The position numbers and the translations under genes are program-made. Below the pieces are notes generated by a model, which worked only from the letters and a program-made list of their open reading frames with translations, searched no databases and had not been told where the DNA came from. Of a stretch of DNA of 64,000 bases, positions 50,838-61,295 are shown in pieces (the stretch's first letter is position 1; each line of letters opens with the position of its first letter). Origin of the DNA: an uncultured virus (IMG/VR IMGVR_UViG_3300033145_003180) (Duplodnaviria; Heunggongvirae; Uroviricota; Caudoviricetes); the IMG/VR virus record IMGVR_UViG_3300033145_003180; one strand, 5' to 3'.

Positions 50838-52007
50838 ATGAAAAAAACTTATGATCCGTTTAAAATAGACATCAAAGAACTTTTTATTTATATATGTGAC
50901 TATTGCAATAAAAATTGTGGCCACTGTTATGTAAAGCGGGGAAACAAAGATGTTGACCCAAGATGGATTCAATGGGTTGTCGATAATTTTGATATTAAAA
51001 AGACCGTTATTATCGGTGGCGAACCGACAATTTCGCCTAAACTTCCAGAGATATTGGATGTTTTGAAGGAAGGCATGAAAAAAGAAAAAGGGGAAGATAG
51101 TCTTTCGATAACACTATCTACAAACTGCAAGTGGATAGAATGGGGTAATAAGAACGGCAAAGAAACGTTACCTCCTGGACCAAGGGATATGAAATACACA
51201 GATGTCGTTGATATGTTGAAAGAGGGGGGCGTAAAAAGTCTCCAGATCAGCATTGAGGGCAACGAAGAGACAACGAATGCAGTCCGAGGAAAAGGATCCT
51301 TCCAGAACTCGATGGACACAGTCGACCTTTTGAAGGATCAGGGTTTTGATGTTTTTTTCAGGGCCACATATTCCCAGATGAACTATGATACTATTCCATA
51401 TATGTTGAAACTTGCCGATGAAAAAGGTGTGGATCTGATGTTGTTTCCATACAAGACAACAAGTTATTTCAAAGACAAAGAAAACAAAGTACCTGCAGAT
51501 CTTACGACATTAACTGAAAGGCAACAAGAGGAGCTCTATAACACATTGATGGATTATACAAGTGATGATGGAAAGAGACTTGCTAAATCAGAGATCCCAC
51601 AGTACTATGCATATATCGGGATGGCGGGTGCACACTGCCCAGCTGGAAGGGAACGAATCAATATAATGCCAGATGGTGTAGTAACGCCATGTGAGATGAA
51701 TACACCGCCTAATCATTTTCCACTTGGTAAATTCAATGGAGATAGTGGTCTTGATAAAGATCTATTGACGGAGAGGATATCGTTCTTTCTGCGTAATATG
51801 AAACAAATAGATATCGGATGTATGACATGCAGCCATCATAGGATATGCAGGTCAGGATGCCATGAGACAATGGAATATATTAATTGCCCTCTGAAATACC
51901 AGATAGATTTTGGTGTCTATCAGAAGGACATAGGGATAAGCAATACACAGCTTAAAAAGAGAATAAGCAACGTGAGAAGACTCCAGAAGAAACGTGGTGG
52001 TTGCTAA
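50838..52007 (+). CDS. radical SAM/SPASM domain protein
   Basis: CNKNCGHC, GGEP, CPAG..PC, CMTC..ICRSGC. Confidence 0.9.
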   Translation: MKKTYDPFKIDIKELFIYICDYCNKNCGHCYVKRGNKDVDPRWIQWVVDNFDIKKTVIIGGEPTISPKLPEILDVLKEGMKKEKGEDSLSITLSTNCKWIEWGNKNGKETLPPGPRDMKYTDVVDMLKEGGVKSLQISIEGNEETTNAVRGKGSFQNSMDTVDLLKDQGFDVFFRATYSQMNYDTIPYMLKLADEKGVDLMLFPYKTTSYFKDKENKVPADLTTLTERQQEELYNTLMDYTSDDGKRLAKSEIPQYYAYIGMAGAHCPAGRERINIMPDGVVTPCEMNTPPNHFPLGKFNGDSGLDKDLLTERISFFLRNMKQIDIGCMTCSHHRICRSGCHETMEYINCPLKYQIDFGVYQKDIGISNTQLKKRISNVRRLQKKRGGC

Positions 52008-52008
52008 T

Positions 52009-52740
52009 CTAATTTGCAGGTTTCTTCTTTTTTCTAGCAAAACCGAATATGTAGATTACTAATATCGTTGCAACTATACCGAGAATCAGGACGACAAACC
52101 ACCAATAGCTTAAATCTGAAACCACAGGTGGTACTGGTGGTTCCACTGTGGGTTCACTGATTGTTATTGTTTTTGAGATGATACCCGTATTGCTGCCATC
52201 ACTTATCGTAAGTGTTACAATATAATCTTTAGCTTTTGAAAATGAATGCACTGGATTTCTAAAAGTAGAAGTGTAACCATCCCCGAAGTTCCAGGACCAG
52301 CTAGTAATTGATCCATCGGATTTATCGGTGAAATTCACATCTTCATCAACCACTGGTTCTTCGGGTTCCCATGAGAAATTAGCCCAGACGGGGGATGTGA
52401 CTGTTATATTAAGCCACTGAGTAACATTCGAAAGATTGGCTGCTGTCTGGTTATCCCCAGTGATCCCCAAGCCAGCTGCACACACCCCATATAATATATC
52501 CCCATTGGATGCATTGATACCGCATGCATATATCCCATTGGTGTTAGAGGTGACCACAATATAGTCGCCTGTGTTGTTGTTTGTGATATTCACAGTCAGG
52601 CCACCCATTAGGGTTCCGTAATTGTTTATGATATAGCCTCCGACACCTACGGGTGAGGCAGGTTGAGAAGATACGTTAGGTATCATCGCCAGCGTCAACA
52701 ATATTATTATTCCGATTGTACCAAATATTTTTTTTTCCAT
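52009..52740 (-). CDS. PKD-domain surface protein
   Basis: SWSWNFGDG...NPVHSF; signal peptide and C-terminal TM. Confidence 0.85.
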   Translation of the reverse strand: MEKKIFGTIGIIILLTLAMIPNVSSQPASPVGVGGYIINNYGTLMGGLTVNITNNNTGDYIVVTSNTNGIYACGINASNGDILYGVCAAGLGITGDNQTAANLSNVTQWLNITVTSPVWANFSWEPEEPVVDEDVNFTDKSDGSITSWSWNFGDGYTSTFRNPVHSFSKAKDYIVTLTISDGSNTGIISKTITISEPTVEPPVPPVVSDLSYWWFVVLILGIVATILVIYIFGFARKKKKPAN

Positions 52741-53783
52741 ATAAATACCCCTGTTATTAAAGCTGAAAATATAATTACGGGTAAGGCTATAATCCACCAG
52801 TTGAAACCACCAGGTGGCACACCATCACTTATCATCAAAGTAAAACTCAATATTCCATCGTTAGTAAATGACATATCCTTCGATTCGGTTACACCACGGT
52901 ATGTTGCATTGATTATATAATACCCGGGCTGGACACTCACATTTGCACATCCAGTACTGTTCGTGACAGCGAATGCAACAAATGAGTTGTTTTCATCGTA
53001 GACAAAAACACTCGTACAGCATCGCGGATTCCCATCCTGATCATTTACTTCAAAAGTTAATGTTATGTTTTCTGGCGGATCGGGAGTTGTGATATTATCC
53101 AGTGGATCATCGGAATCGTCATCAGGCGGTTCATAAACATTTATGGCTTTTTCAATGGTATCAGTGTTTCCCTCTAAGTCCATAACCAAGAGGATTGCTG
53201 AATATGTACCAGGTTTCAAAAAAGCACATTGTACCGTAACGGTAGTATGCACATGGCCATCGATACTCCACGTTCTCGCAATGATATCATCATCAGGATC
53301 CGTGGAGATATCGGTAAATGTAATAACATCCCAGATAATAGGATGCTCTGGTGAAACAGTAAAATCAGCCACAGGTGGATTTGATTGATCGGGCGGGGAT
53401 GGTATCCAACCACCATTATCCTCCTCCTCATCTTCTTCCTCCACTTCTGTAGTGATCGTGAGATTGAGCCAGTTTGTGACAAGAGAGGTATCTGCCACAG
53501 CAGTGTTTTCATATATGGTTCCTTCATAGTCGCATGATATCTTGATCGTATCTCCGGTAGTTGCTGATAATGCACATGCATAAAAGCCTTCATTCTCGGT
53601 TATTTTGGTCTGCGTCTCTCCAGTGTCACTATTAGTTACACTGATAGTTATATCATTGGTATAACTCCCATTTATCATGATACGTCCGCCGCAACCTATT
53701 GGTAGGGGAGGCCCAGCACTAACAAATATACTAAAAGTCAACATGAAAATGAAAAACAATGGTAATATTTTATTTATTTTCAT
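52707..53783 (-). CDS. PKD plus carboxypeptidase-regulatory-like surface protein
   Basis: PPVADF..FTDISTDPD; N-terminal domain similar to 52009 ORF. Confidence 0.8.
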   Translation of the reverse strand: MKINKILPLFFIFMLTFSIFVSAGPPLPIGCGGRIMINGSYTNDITISVTNSDTGETQTKITENEGFYACALSATTGDTIKISCDYEGTIYENTAVADTSLVTNWLNLTITTEVEEEDEEEDNGGWIPSPPDQSNPPVADFTVSPEHPIIWDVITFTDISTDPDDDIIARTWSIDGHVHTTVTVQCAFLKPGTYSAILLVMDLEGNTDTIEKAINVYEPPDDDSDDPLDNITTPDPPENITLTFEVNDQDGNPRCCTSVFVYDENNSFVAFAVTNSTGCANVSVQPGYYIINATYRGVTESKDMSFTNDGILSFTLMISDGVPPGGFNWWIIALPVIIFSALITGVFIWKKKYLVQSE

Positions 53784-53786
53784 TGA

Positions 53787-55082
53787 TCACCCTATAGTTA
53801 TTGTTCTGGTCCCCGCAACATTCATTACAACTGTGTCATATGAATACACATTCGGATCATCCCCTGCGTTTCCAACCCAATATGAGAACCAACTCCCGGA
53901 AGATGTATTATACACATAGATCCAATCACCTGCATTCATACCTATAGAGAGATTCTTTAACGTCACAGTGGCATTATCGCTCCAGCCAAAATAATTATAT
54001 CCAGCAGATATCGCCTCCGACTGAGATGTTGTCAACGCATCTGTTGTCTCCACTTTGACGGTTTTGTTTGTATCGACCACAACCGCCATGATATCCCAGT
54101 TACTAATAGTAAAATTACTTCCTGTCATACCAACCCAGTATGAATCCCAGCTGTCGTCAGTAATATTATATTTATGGATCCACCAGCGGTCATTTATTCC
54201 AAAAGATTGAGAAAAAGAATAAGCACTGATATCATCGTTAAGATGATAAGGTATATAATTGATTCCGGCACCAGTTCCTGTAGTATTGTACGTGACATTT
54301 CTATCGACAGTTACTGCGGTATTCCATACTTCTGAAGTATCATATGTATCGTTGTGTGTCCATAGTTCGATATCATAGATGCCACTGATATTGAACTCAT
54401 GGCTAAAATTAAACGGTGTATGCGTTCCACTGGTGTAGTTCTGCTCACTTTCCGTATCGCCATCAATGCTCCATCTCATATCTGTCGATTCGGATGTTTC
54501 ATCAGCAAAAGTCGTGTTATCCGTATCTGTCGGATCGGACGGGAGATACGAAAACGGGACTGTCGGACTGCTGTCATAAACAATATCAAAAGTGTGCTCA
54601 CTCCATATTGCATGTGAGAAACTTATCCTTCCTGTTGCAGTTGATACCTCGTTGCTATGTACCAATACACTATCAATATAGATATCATATATAGATCGTG
54701 CACGGGGAAGACCTATGGTAAAAGCACCAGTGCCCCCTGCAGATGTGGCATTGAATGATAAAATTGTGGTCCCGGATGATACAGTTCCCGGATTGGGATG
54801 GAGATATAATATTTCTATCAATACAGGGTTTGCAGATGTAACTGAAAAATTTGCTGTATGATTAAAACAAACGAAAATATCACCGATCTCCAATCTATTG
54901 AAATCTTTCGCTGTCTCCACAGAATAAGTAACATTTGCATTGGGTGGGAATTGAACACTTGAATCAATAGTAACTGACTGGGCGGGGATCATAGAAATAA
55001 TAAGGAGAGCGGCCAATACCCATATGCTTTTTTTGTTAAAATATTTCTTTATAGTCAAGTTTTTCACCAACCTAAGTTGCAT
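53787..55082 (-). CDS. secreted surface protein
   Basis: Signal peptide; duplicated C-terminal W.SYWVG module. Confidence 0.75.
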   Translation of the reverse strand: MQLRLVKNLTIKKYFNKKSIWVLAALLIISMIPAQSVTIDSSVQFPPNANVTYSVETAKDFNRLEIGDIFVCFNHTANFSVTSANPVLIEILYLHPNPGTVSSGTTILSFNATSAGGTGAFTIGLPRARSIYDIYIDSVLVHSNEVSTATGRISFSHAIWSEHTFDIVYDSSPTVPFSYLPSDPTDTDNTTFADETSESTDMRWSIDGDTESEQNYTSGTHTPFNFSHEFNISGIYDIELWTHNDTYDTSEVWNTAVTVDRNVTYNTTGTGAGINYIPYHLNDDISAYSFSQSFGINDRWWIHKYNITDDSWDSYWVGMTGSNFTISNWDIMAVVVDTNKTVKVETTDALTTSQSEAISAGYNYFGWSDNATVTLKNLSIGMNAGDWIYVYNTSSGSWFSYWVGNAGDDPNVYSYDTVVMNVAGTRTITIG

Positions 55083-55113
55083 AGAGTATGCATACGAAAC
55101 TATAAAAGATTGT

Positions 55114-55130
55114 CGTGGAAATATTTCCGA
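55114..55130 (-). promoter_or_regulatory. palindromic operator (copy 6)
   Basis: cgtggaaatatttccga next to TTTTATAG. Confidence 0.7.
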
Positions 55131-55264
55131 TATTTTATGTAAAGAACAATAGGGCTATATGGTAATAAGATTACCCATTAAATGAATATATTTCTATCGG
55201 TGTCAGACAGGGAAAAACGATACGACCCACCAAAAAAGGTAGGAGTTTATTCATGTTCATTCCT

Positions 55265-57790
55265 TTAACCTACACCGTTATCCAAAAAGTTGTAAGCTGA
55301 TAGATTTACATCACTTAATCTTAATGCCACATTAGTTGCATCATCGTCAATACTATAATCACCGGCATTTCCTATGATGAAATTCCCATAAATATAATAT
55401 CGTTCATGGTCATTTGCATCTATAATGACTCCATCATGCCCAGAAGTCTCACCGTTGTACTTTATGTCGTTATTTCTTATAACTAAGTCTTCAACATCAT
55501 CTCCACTTAAATCCGTAACCCAAATTCCTTCATCAAGATTATTGTTTATGTTACATCCAGATATAGTAATGTTATCTCCACCCATTATTTTCATTCCAGC
55601 ACCAGGATTATTATATACCTTAGAATCTAAAAAGTCTATATTAGTAGCTCCATACATTACCACAGTATCATCAGGACTTGCTGTATTTGCAACCTCTATG
55701 TTGCTAAAATAACAGCCATCTGGATGTACAGAACCGCTTCCTAAATTAACTGCTCCATAACCGATGGGAGGATTGCTATCATCTATTTCAATATTGGTAA
55801 ATCTATTATTATTTCCAAAGCAACCGATAGCATAATAACTTGAATTGTATATTTTAAAAAGATTAAATGAGTTATTCTGCGCTCCACCACTTACTGACCA
55901 TATTCCAATACCCACATGCACATTATCGAGCATGAAGTTATCAAAAGAGTTGTGCTGAGTTCCTCCAGTTAATGCCAAAGCTGTAGAACTGGATGTTGTT
56001 CCAGTGCATTTAGTTATCACAAAGGCAGAAAAAACATTTCTAGGTGAACTTCTTGTAGTTGAATCCACTTTCATTCCATTCACACAATCATTAATGATCC
56101 ATCCAGTAAATGTCGAGTCTCTTGTTCCTGCAACGTCTAGACCTAAATAGGTTACTCCATTATTACCATCTACTTCACAATTTGTAGCGGTTATATTATC
56201 TCCATCAAGAATAAAACCATGATATACTCCACCTATTCCATTATTGAATGAACGACAGTTATCCAATGTGAATCTAGAGCCGAAATTACTAGCATCTTTT
56301 TGAACTAAACAAAAACCTGTTCCCCTCGAATTTATAACATCTACATTTGAAATAAGTATATCATCACAATTCTTGAAATCCATCGTATTACTCGATGCGG
56401 TTACTGAATTACCATTGGCATCAAGAGTAAGGTCACGAACTGAAATGTTATCCAAATCCTGTCCGAAAAACATAGCTTCACCAGTGAAATCAGCACCATC
56501 CTCAAATTTTATGGTTGTTATCCCTCTTCCAGCACCAACAACGTGGATACCTGATTTGAAGGTAATTTCACCGGTAGCGGTTGTAAGTTCAATTTCTCCT
56601 GCTGGCAACTGAACAGTACCAGTTGTTAAATCATTTATTGCAAGTTGGATATTAGCACCAGTTGGCAACCATGAATTATTGTCAGTATTCCAAATTAAGG
56701 AGTTATTATGATACCCACTACCACTAGGAGATTCAACTTGCCAATGCATTTTTCCACTACTTGATTCCCATGTTAATACATGTTCATCTGTTGGGGCGTT
56801 GTCAATATCCAAATTAGATTCTGAGACAGAACCATCTGTTATGGTTCCATCAGCATTAAGATCCCCGGCCGCACCAAAATCCCCACTCTCTGGAACATCA
56901 TCATCAACACCACCGATATTATGGAAATCATTAGTCAGCAAACTTTGGATACGAGCCAGATCACACCAGAAGTTTGTAGAACCTTCTGGTACATCATCTG
57001 TATTAACCTGCCCAGCACCAGAACCCCAATCGATATCGGCATCATCCACATCATCTGCAACATCATCGTCAAGATAGTTTTGTATCGCATGATTATTCCA
57101 TCCATGAGCGGTATTCCAGTTTGCACTATTATCAGTTATGATTGAATAAGTACCTGCACCTGTTCTCTTTATCAGGCCGTTACTGTCAAATAATGCATGT
57201 TGTAAATATTGTGCATTACCATAAGTGCCATTAAAACTGAAGGTTGTACCTGTGATATTGATTCCTGTTCCAGATGAATAAGTCGTATCTATATCCGTTG
57301 CATTAAGATATTGACCGTCCCACGATAAGTTTTCATCAAATACCAAACCATCAAAACTGAATGTGGCACCAGTTAAGTTAAGTCCGTTTCCCGCAATGTA
57401 AACTCCACCACCGGGGCCTGTTCCATTGCATATATAATACTGAGCCCCGCCAATATCGACTACGACACTGAGATTACCATCGGTTGAATTAAGCCACCAA
57501 GCAATGGTTCCAGCAGGTATATCTGGAGGGATTGCCTGATTGTAAACTTGACCGGAAAACGGTCTGTTGAATGTTACATTTTGTGTAAAGGTCGCATTTT
57601 CAGTTGTCATATTTGTAAAAAATGCCGATGCATTATCAAAGTCTATGATTATTCCATGTGTGCTATCTGTTATGTTGTCATCAGTTATGGAAAGTAAACT
57701 GGACACACTACAAACACTAGCGATAACAATCATTGTGAAAATCAACCCAATCTCAATTTTTGTTTTCAAATTAATACTTCCGAACTTCAT
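55265..57790 (-). CDS. tailspike/fibre-like protein with C-terminal pectin-lyase-type beta-helix
   Basis: N-terminal TM; AGNGLNLTGATFS/SGTGINITGTTFS repeats; IQLAINDL..GTVQLPAG..GAGRGITTI. Confidence 0.8.
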   Translation of the reverse strand: MKFGSINLKTKIEIGLIFTMIVIASVCSVSSLLSITDDNITDSTHGIIIDFDNASAFFTNMTTENATFTQNVTFNRPFSGQVYNQAIPPDIPAGTIAWWLNSTDGNLSVVVDIGGAQYYICNGTGPGGGVYIAGNGLNLTGATFSFDGLVFDENLSWDGQYLNATDIDTTYSSGTGINITGTTFSFNGTYGNAQYLQHALFDSNGLIKRTGAGTYSIITDNSANWNTAHGWNNHAIQNYLDDDVADDVDDADIDWGSGAGQVNTDDVPEGSTNFWCDLARIQSLLTNDFHNIGGVDDDVPESGDFGAAGDLNADGTITDGSVSESNLDIDNAPTDEHVLTWESSSGKMHWQVESPSGSGYHNNSLIWNTDNNSWLPTGANIQLAINDLTTGTVQLPAGEIELTTATGEITFKSGIHVVGAGRGITTIKFEDGADFTGEAMFFGQDLDNISVRDLTLDANGNSVTASSNTMDFKNCDDILISNVDVINSRGTGFCLVQKDASNFGSRFTLDNCRSFNNGIGGVYHGFILDGDNITATNCEVDGNNGVTYLGLDVAGTRDSTFTGWIINDCVNGMKVDSTTRSSPRNVFSAFVITKCTGTTSSSTALALTGGTQHNSFDNFMLDNVHVGIGIWSVSGGAQNNSFNLFKIYNSSYYAIGCFGNNNRFTNIEIDDSNPPIGYGAVNLGSGSVHPDGCYFSNIEVANTASPDDTVVMYGATNIDFLDSKVYNNPGAGMKIMGGDNITISGCNINNNLDEGIWVTDLSGDDVEDLVIRNNDIKYNGETSGHDGVIIDANDHERYYIYGNFIIGNAGDYSIDDDATNVALRLSDVNLSAYNFLDNGVG

Positions 57791-57834
57791 AACATCATCA
57801 GAAAAAGATATAACCATATGACTTTTAAAGGTTT

Positions 57835-57851
57835 TCTGGAAATATTTCCGA
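57835..57851 (-). promoter_or_regulatory. palindromic operator (copy 7, between divergent promoters)
   Basis: tctggaaatatttccga flanked by TTTAAAAG (-) and TTATATAAAG (+). Confidence 0.75.
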
Positions 57852-57892
57852 AAAAGAAACTTATATAAAGAAACTAATTGATACACCGAGAT

Positions 57893-58138
57893 ATGGCTAA
57901 AAAGAAAAATAGTAATTTAAAACGCAAGGTGAAGAATAAAAAATCAGGGGTTCTCAGCTGTAAAGATGTTGTTGCACGTACAAATATCAAGAAACCTCAT
58001 GGTAATATCAAAAAAGGTACAACTGGTACAATTGATTATCAGAGGAAAACACCACAGGGATATGGAAGAGCAACCGTTACATTTAAAGGGTCATCTGCAC
58101 CTGTAGAAGTTGAGACAAGCAAGATACGGTGTGTCTAA
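57893..58138 (+). CDS. small basic protein (SH3-like beta pattern)
   Basis: TATA at 57861; IKKGTTGTI..ATVTF. Confidence 0.6.
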   Translation: MAKKKNSNLKRKVKNKKSGVLSCKDVVARTNIKKPHGNIKKGTTGTIDYQRKTPQGYGRATVTFKGSSAPVEVETSKIRCV

Positions 58139-58380
58139 GGTTTATGCCGATATTGTTTTGGAATGTTACCATTCCTATCGAGATAAAGCCGTTTATTTCC
58201 CCCGCCACGTTTCCTTACCATTACATATAGCTTGTTTGCATCCGTTTCATGTACCACGAAATGCCCGCAACGATCATGGTAACACATTTCTTTTATTGAA
58301 CGACATCTGCCTTTTACCTTATGGGAACCACGAGGGCACCCGCTCTTTTTACTCATAACATCACCTCTATTTTTTATCAT
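58135..58380 (-). CDS. small basic protein
   Basis: K/R-rich; GAGGTG RBS before MSKKSG. Confidence 0.55.
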   Translation of the reverse strand: MIKNRGDVMSKKSGCPRGSHKVKGRCRSIKEMCYHDRCGHFVVHETDANKLYVMVRKRGGGNKRLYLDRNGNIPKQYRHKP

Positions 58381-61255
58381 GATAGTACCACTGGAAAAAC
58401 AGACTTATCGCGGCTATTAGAATAAGAATCGGTTGGCAAAGCAAACCCAGAATAATTAAAACAACTGCAGGGGCAAGAATAAGTCGTATCCTTTTTTCAG
58501 CCAACTTTTTGATTCTAATACGATATGATATATAGAATCCGATAAAGACAAGAATGGCTGTTACAATCCACCCCAATATACTGAGATTCAGATATGGCCC
58601 CGCAAAAATAGGAGGACATAAACAAGGGTTCATAAGAAAAGCAATTACTCCACCATTAGGGGTAATATACCATATCTGGGTTTCCGTCCGATAACCATCC
58701 ACTGTCACAAAGACCGTATATGTCCCGGGATCTAAATCTGTTTCATACCTTCCATCTTCATCTGTATAACCAGTGTCAACCAATCTCCCATCCTCATCAT
58801 AGATATCCACTAATGCACCAGGGATAGACCTTCCCGTGTCTTCATCGGATACATCAACATGTGAATTCCCTGCTTCACTGGTTCCAGCACCACTACCTCC
58901 ACCAGGTTCATCATCAGGGGGGTTCGCGCCCCATTCTATTGTGGTGCATTCGACATCATTCACTCCTCTACCACTACCAGATGAAACATTAATGCATATT
59001 CCCAGATCGTCAACAATATGATGGCATTCAGTGATATTGAAAGTGATCCAGAAAGAATACCTTTCTCCAGAAGCTAGTGGTGGAATGTTTATTGTTGTGT
59101 AGCAGCTGCTGTTATGCCATGTGATATTTACCATGTCTATATTTGTATCGATCAGAGTAAAAACCCAATCACTGCACGAACAGTTTTTCCATGTGATATT
59201 AGCTGTTATGCCTTCTACTGTTTCATCGCCAGTATTCGTAATATTAGAGCTGATATTAACATCTACTCCACCATATGCATCATCATTATCTACAACAGAG
59301 ATATTGCTGTCGATGCTGACATTAATATCGAAATACCCAGATGAACTATTGACGGGTGGTGTGCCAGGTATCTCACCTTCACCCCATAACAGAAAACAGC
59401 TATCTGGAATGGATATATTGCATTCATCACATGTGAAACAGTCGGTCATGCAATCTGGCATACATGCATCATAACAACGGTCATCGCATACAGTGCAACA
59501 CATCTCCCAGCAACTATAGCTACAATTATCCCAACAGTTATAGATGCTTTGCCAGCAATCCTGTGTGAGTGTAGTAGTTGTATTGAAATACCGCTCTTCG
59601 GTTGCAGTCATACTGTCTTCACTGAAAAAAGTGGAGCACCCCGTCTCGTTCCAGTTTTCCCATACACACATCCCATATCCATAATGAGCAGAATTAAATG
59701 TAGAAATATGCAGACCGAATATATCAGAATTGTTAAGATACCCCCCATCTGATTTAACAAGCGTCCATAATGGAATTAATGTCAGATAATTAACATGCCT
59801 TCCATACCTATGAATGTTATGTGGAGCATTATCATCTGTAGTCCAAGAATACATAAAGACATTTGAATAGAATGTATCTATGCCATCTAAATGATCTCCT
59901 GTCCAGGTGAAACCACCCCATCCCATCCAACCTGCTGTATTTTCAATCAACCTGTCGTTGCTGTCCCATTGCCGATTGTTGTCCACATCAATACCTATCG
60001 TTACCCAATCGGTGCTCAACCACTCATCTTCGCAGTTCTGGACATATATCATTAGGTAGTTGTTTGAAAAATAATCGGGCTCCATTGCTAATATACCAGG
60101 GTTGGCAGCCAAATATGCAAGATACCAATCTGTAAAATTTGTCAACGTAGCTGTATAATAATAGATCGTGTCATTATTACCCGTCCCTCCTCCTGAAGGG
60201 GTACAGAATGGCCTTGATTCCATACTGAGATTGTTTGTAATGTTGCGGACAGATGATGATATAGAAGGATCTGTAATATTTGCTGCAGTTCCACCATCTC
60301 CTTCTGGCATGATCAGTTCCCACCAATCATCCCCCTGGGTATTCATATCAATAACTGGGAAATTCATATGAGGTCTTGGGTGGTCGTTTCCATTTACCGT
60401 TATAGTGGCAGATTCATTCAGTGTATAATTCAATCGCCAGTTGTTGATATAGTCATAATGAACCGAGTAACTGCTGCAACCATAATCAGGAGGATTCCAG
60501 AATGCTACTCCGAAACATACGCTGTCATCCGTTGACATATTGGCTGATTCCTGTTCAGTGTGCCATCCAGTCGGCTCTTGCATTAATGTTGGCGTTCCAG
60601 ACCAGTATTTTGATTTGAGACTGCCACAATATGTGTTATAGATTGTTTTGATATATGCACCATATGGTCCTACAATTTCAACGCCGTCACCTGTCGAATA
60701 ATTTATGGCATCAGTGGAGATTAACACCTCACCAGCATGAGCTCCGTAATTATGATCAAGAGTATTGCGCAGATATTGTTTAGCGCCAGTATCAATATAG
60801 TCAAGAAGGAATATCTCATCATCACCGAATAATATCATGCTGAAATTAGTGTAATTATAATATGCATAGATCACTCCAGTGAAAACATAATCCGAGTTCG
60901 CGCTGACGTTGGTTACTTTAGTCCATACCAGTGATTGAGATCTGTTGTATTTCGAGTTGTTGACAAATGCAGCTGAAAAACCAGTGGATGTATTTGCATT
61001 AAGAAAAGCAAAGGTATTCTCACCAACCCAATATCCGGACAGGGCATTCGATGCCGTCCAGTTATTGACTGCATTCAACACACTCCAGTTTTCAGATAAT
61101 GACCCGCCATCTATAAGTTCGCTGACATTCCATTCAGAAAACTCCGGAGCGGTATAATCACAAAATGAACTATCAATAAGATGTGGGTTCCCTAGTGCTG
61201 GCAATGCCAACGCAGTTATCAATATGCAAACAATAAGAATCTTTATTTTATCCAT
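58367..61255 (-). CDS. large surface protein with Cys-rich segment and C-terminal TMs
   Basis: Signal peptide; C-x3-C run; carboxypeptidase-regulatory-like domain; 3 TMs. Confidence 0.8.
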   Translation of the reverse strand: MDKIKILIVCILITALALPALGNPHLIDSSFCDYTAPEFSEWNVSELIDGGSLSENWSVLNAVNNWTASNALSGYWVGENTFAFLNANTSTGFSAAFVNNSKYNRSQSLVWTKVTNVSANSDYVFTGVIYAYYNYTNFSMILFGDDEIFLLDYIDTGAKQYLRNTLDHNYGAHAGEVLISTDAINYSTGDGVEIVGPYGAYIKTIYNTYCGSLKSKYWSGTPTLMQEPTGWHTEQESANMSTDDSVCFGVAFWNPPDYGCSSYSVHYDYINNWRLNYTLNESATITVNGNDHPRPHMNFPVIDMNTQGDDWWELIMPEGDGGTAANITDPSISSSVRNITNNLSMESRPFCTPSGGGTGNNDTIYYYTATLTNFTDWYLAYLAANPGILAMEPDYFSNNYLMIYVQNCEDEWLSTDWVTIGIDVDNNRQWDSNDRLIENTAGWMGWGGFTWTGDHLDGIDTFYSNVFMYSWTTDDNAPHNIHRYGRHVNYLTLIPLWTLVKSDGGYLNNSDIFGLHISTFNSAHYGYGMCVWENWNETGCSTFFSEDSMTATEERYFNTTTTLTQDCWQSIYNCWDNCSYSCWEMCCTVCDDRCYDACMPDCMTDCFTCDECNISIPDSCFLLWGEGEIPGTPPVNSSSGYFDINVSIDSNISVVDNDDAYGGVDVNISSNITNTGDETVEGITANITWKNCSCSDWVFTLIDTNIDMVNITWHNSSCYTTINIPPLASGERYSFWITFNITECHHIVDDLGICINVSSGSGRGVNDVECTTIEWGANPPDDEPGGGSGAGTSEAGNSHVDVSDEDTGRSIPGALVDIYDEDGRLVDTGYTDEDGRYETDLDPGTYTVFVTVDGYRTETQIWYITPNGGVIAFLMNPCLCPPIFAGPYLNLSILGWIVTAILVFIGFYISYRIRIKKLAEKRIRLILAPAVVLIILGLLCQPILILIAAISLFFQWYYHDKK

Positions 61256-61295
61256 TGTATCGTGCGTGTATGTTTTTGGTAGTATAATATTGTAT

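Noticed and set aside
12040..61157. Numerous short antisense or overlapping ORFs in the surface-protein blocks
   Set aside because: Shadow frames of long, motif-bearing genes, with no RBS or recognisable motifs
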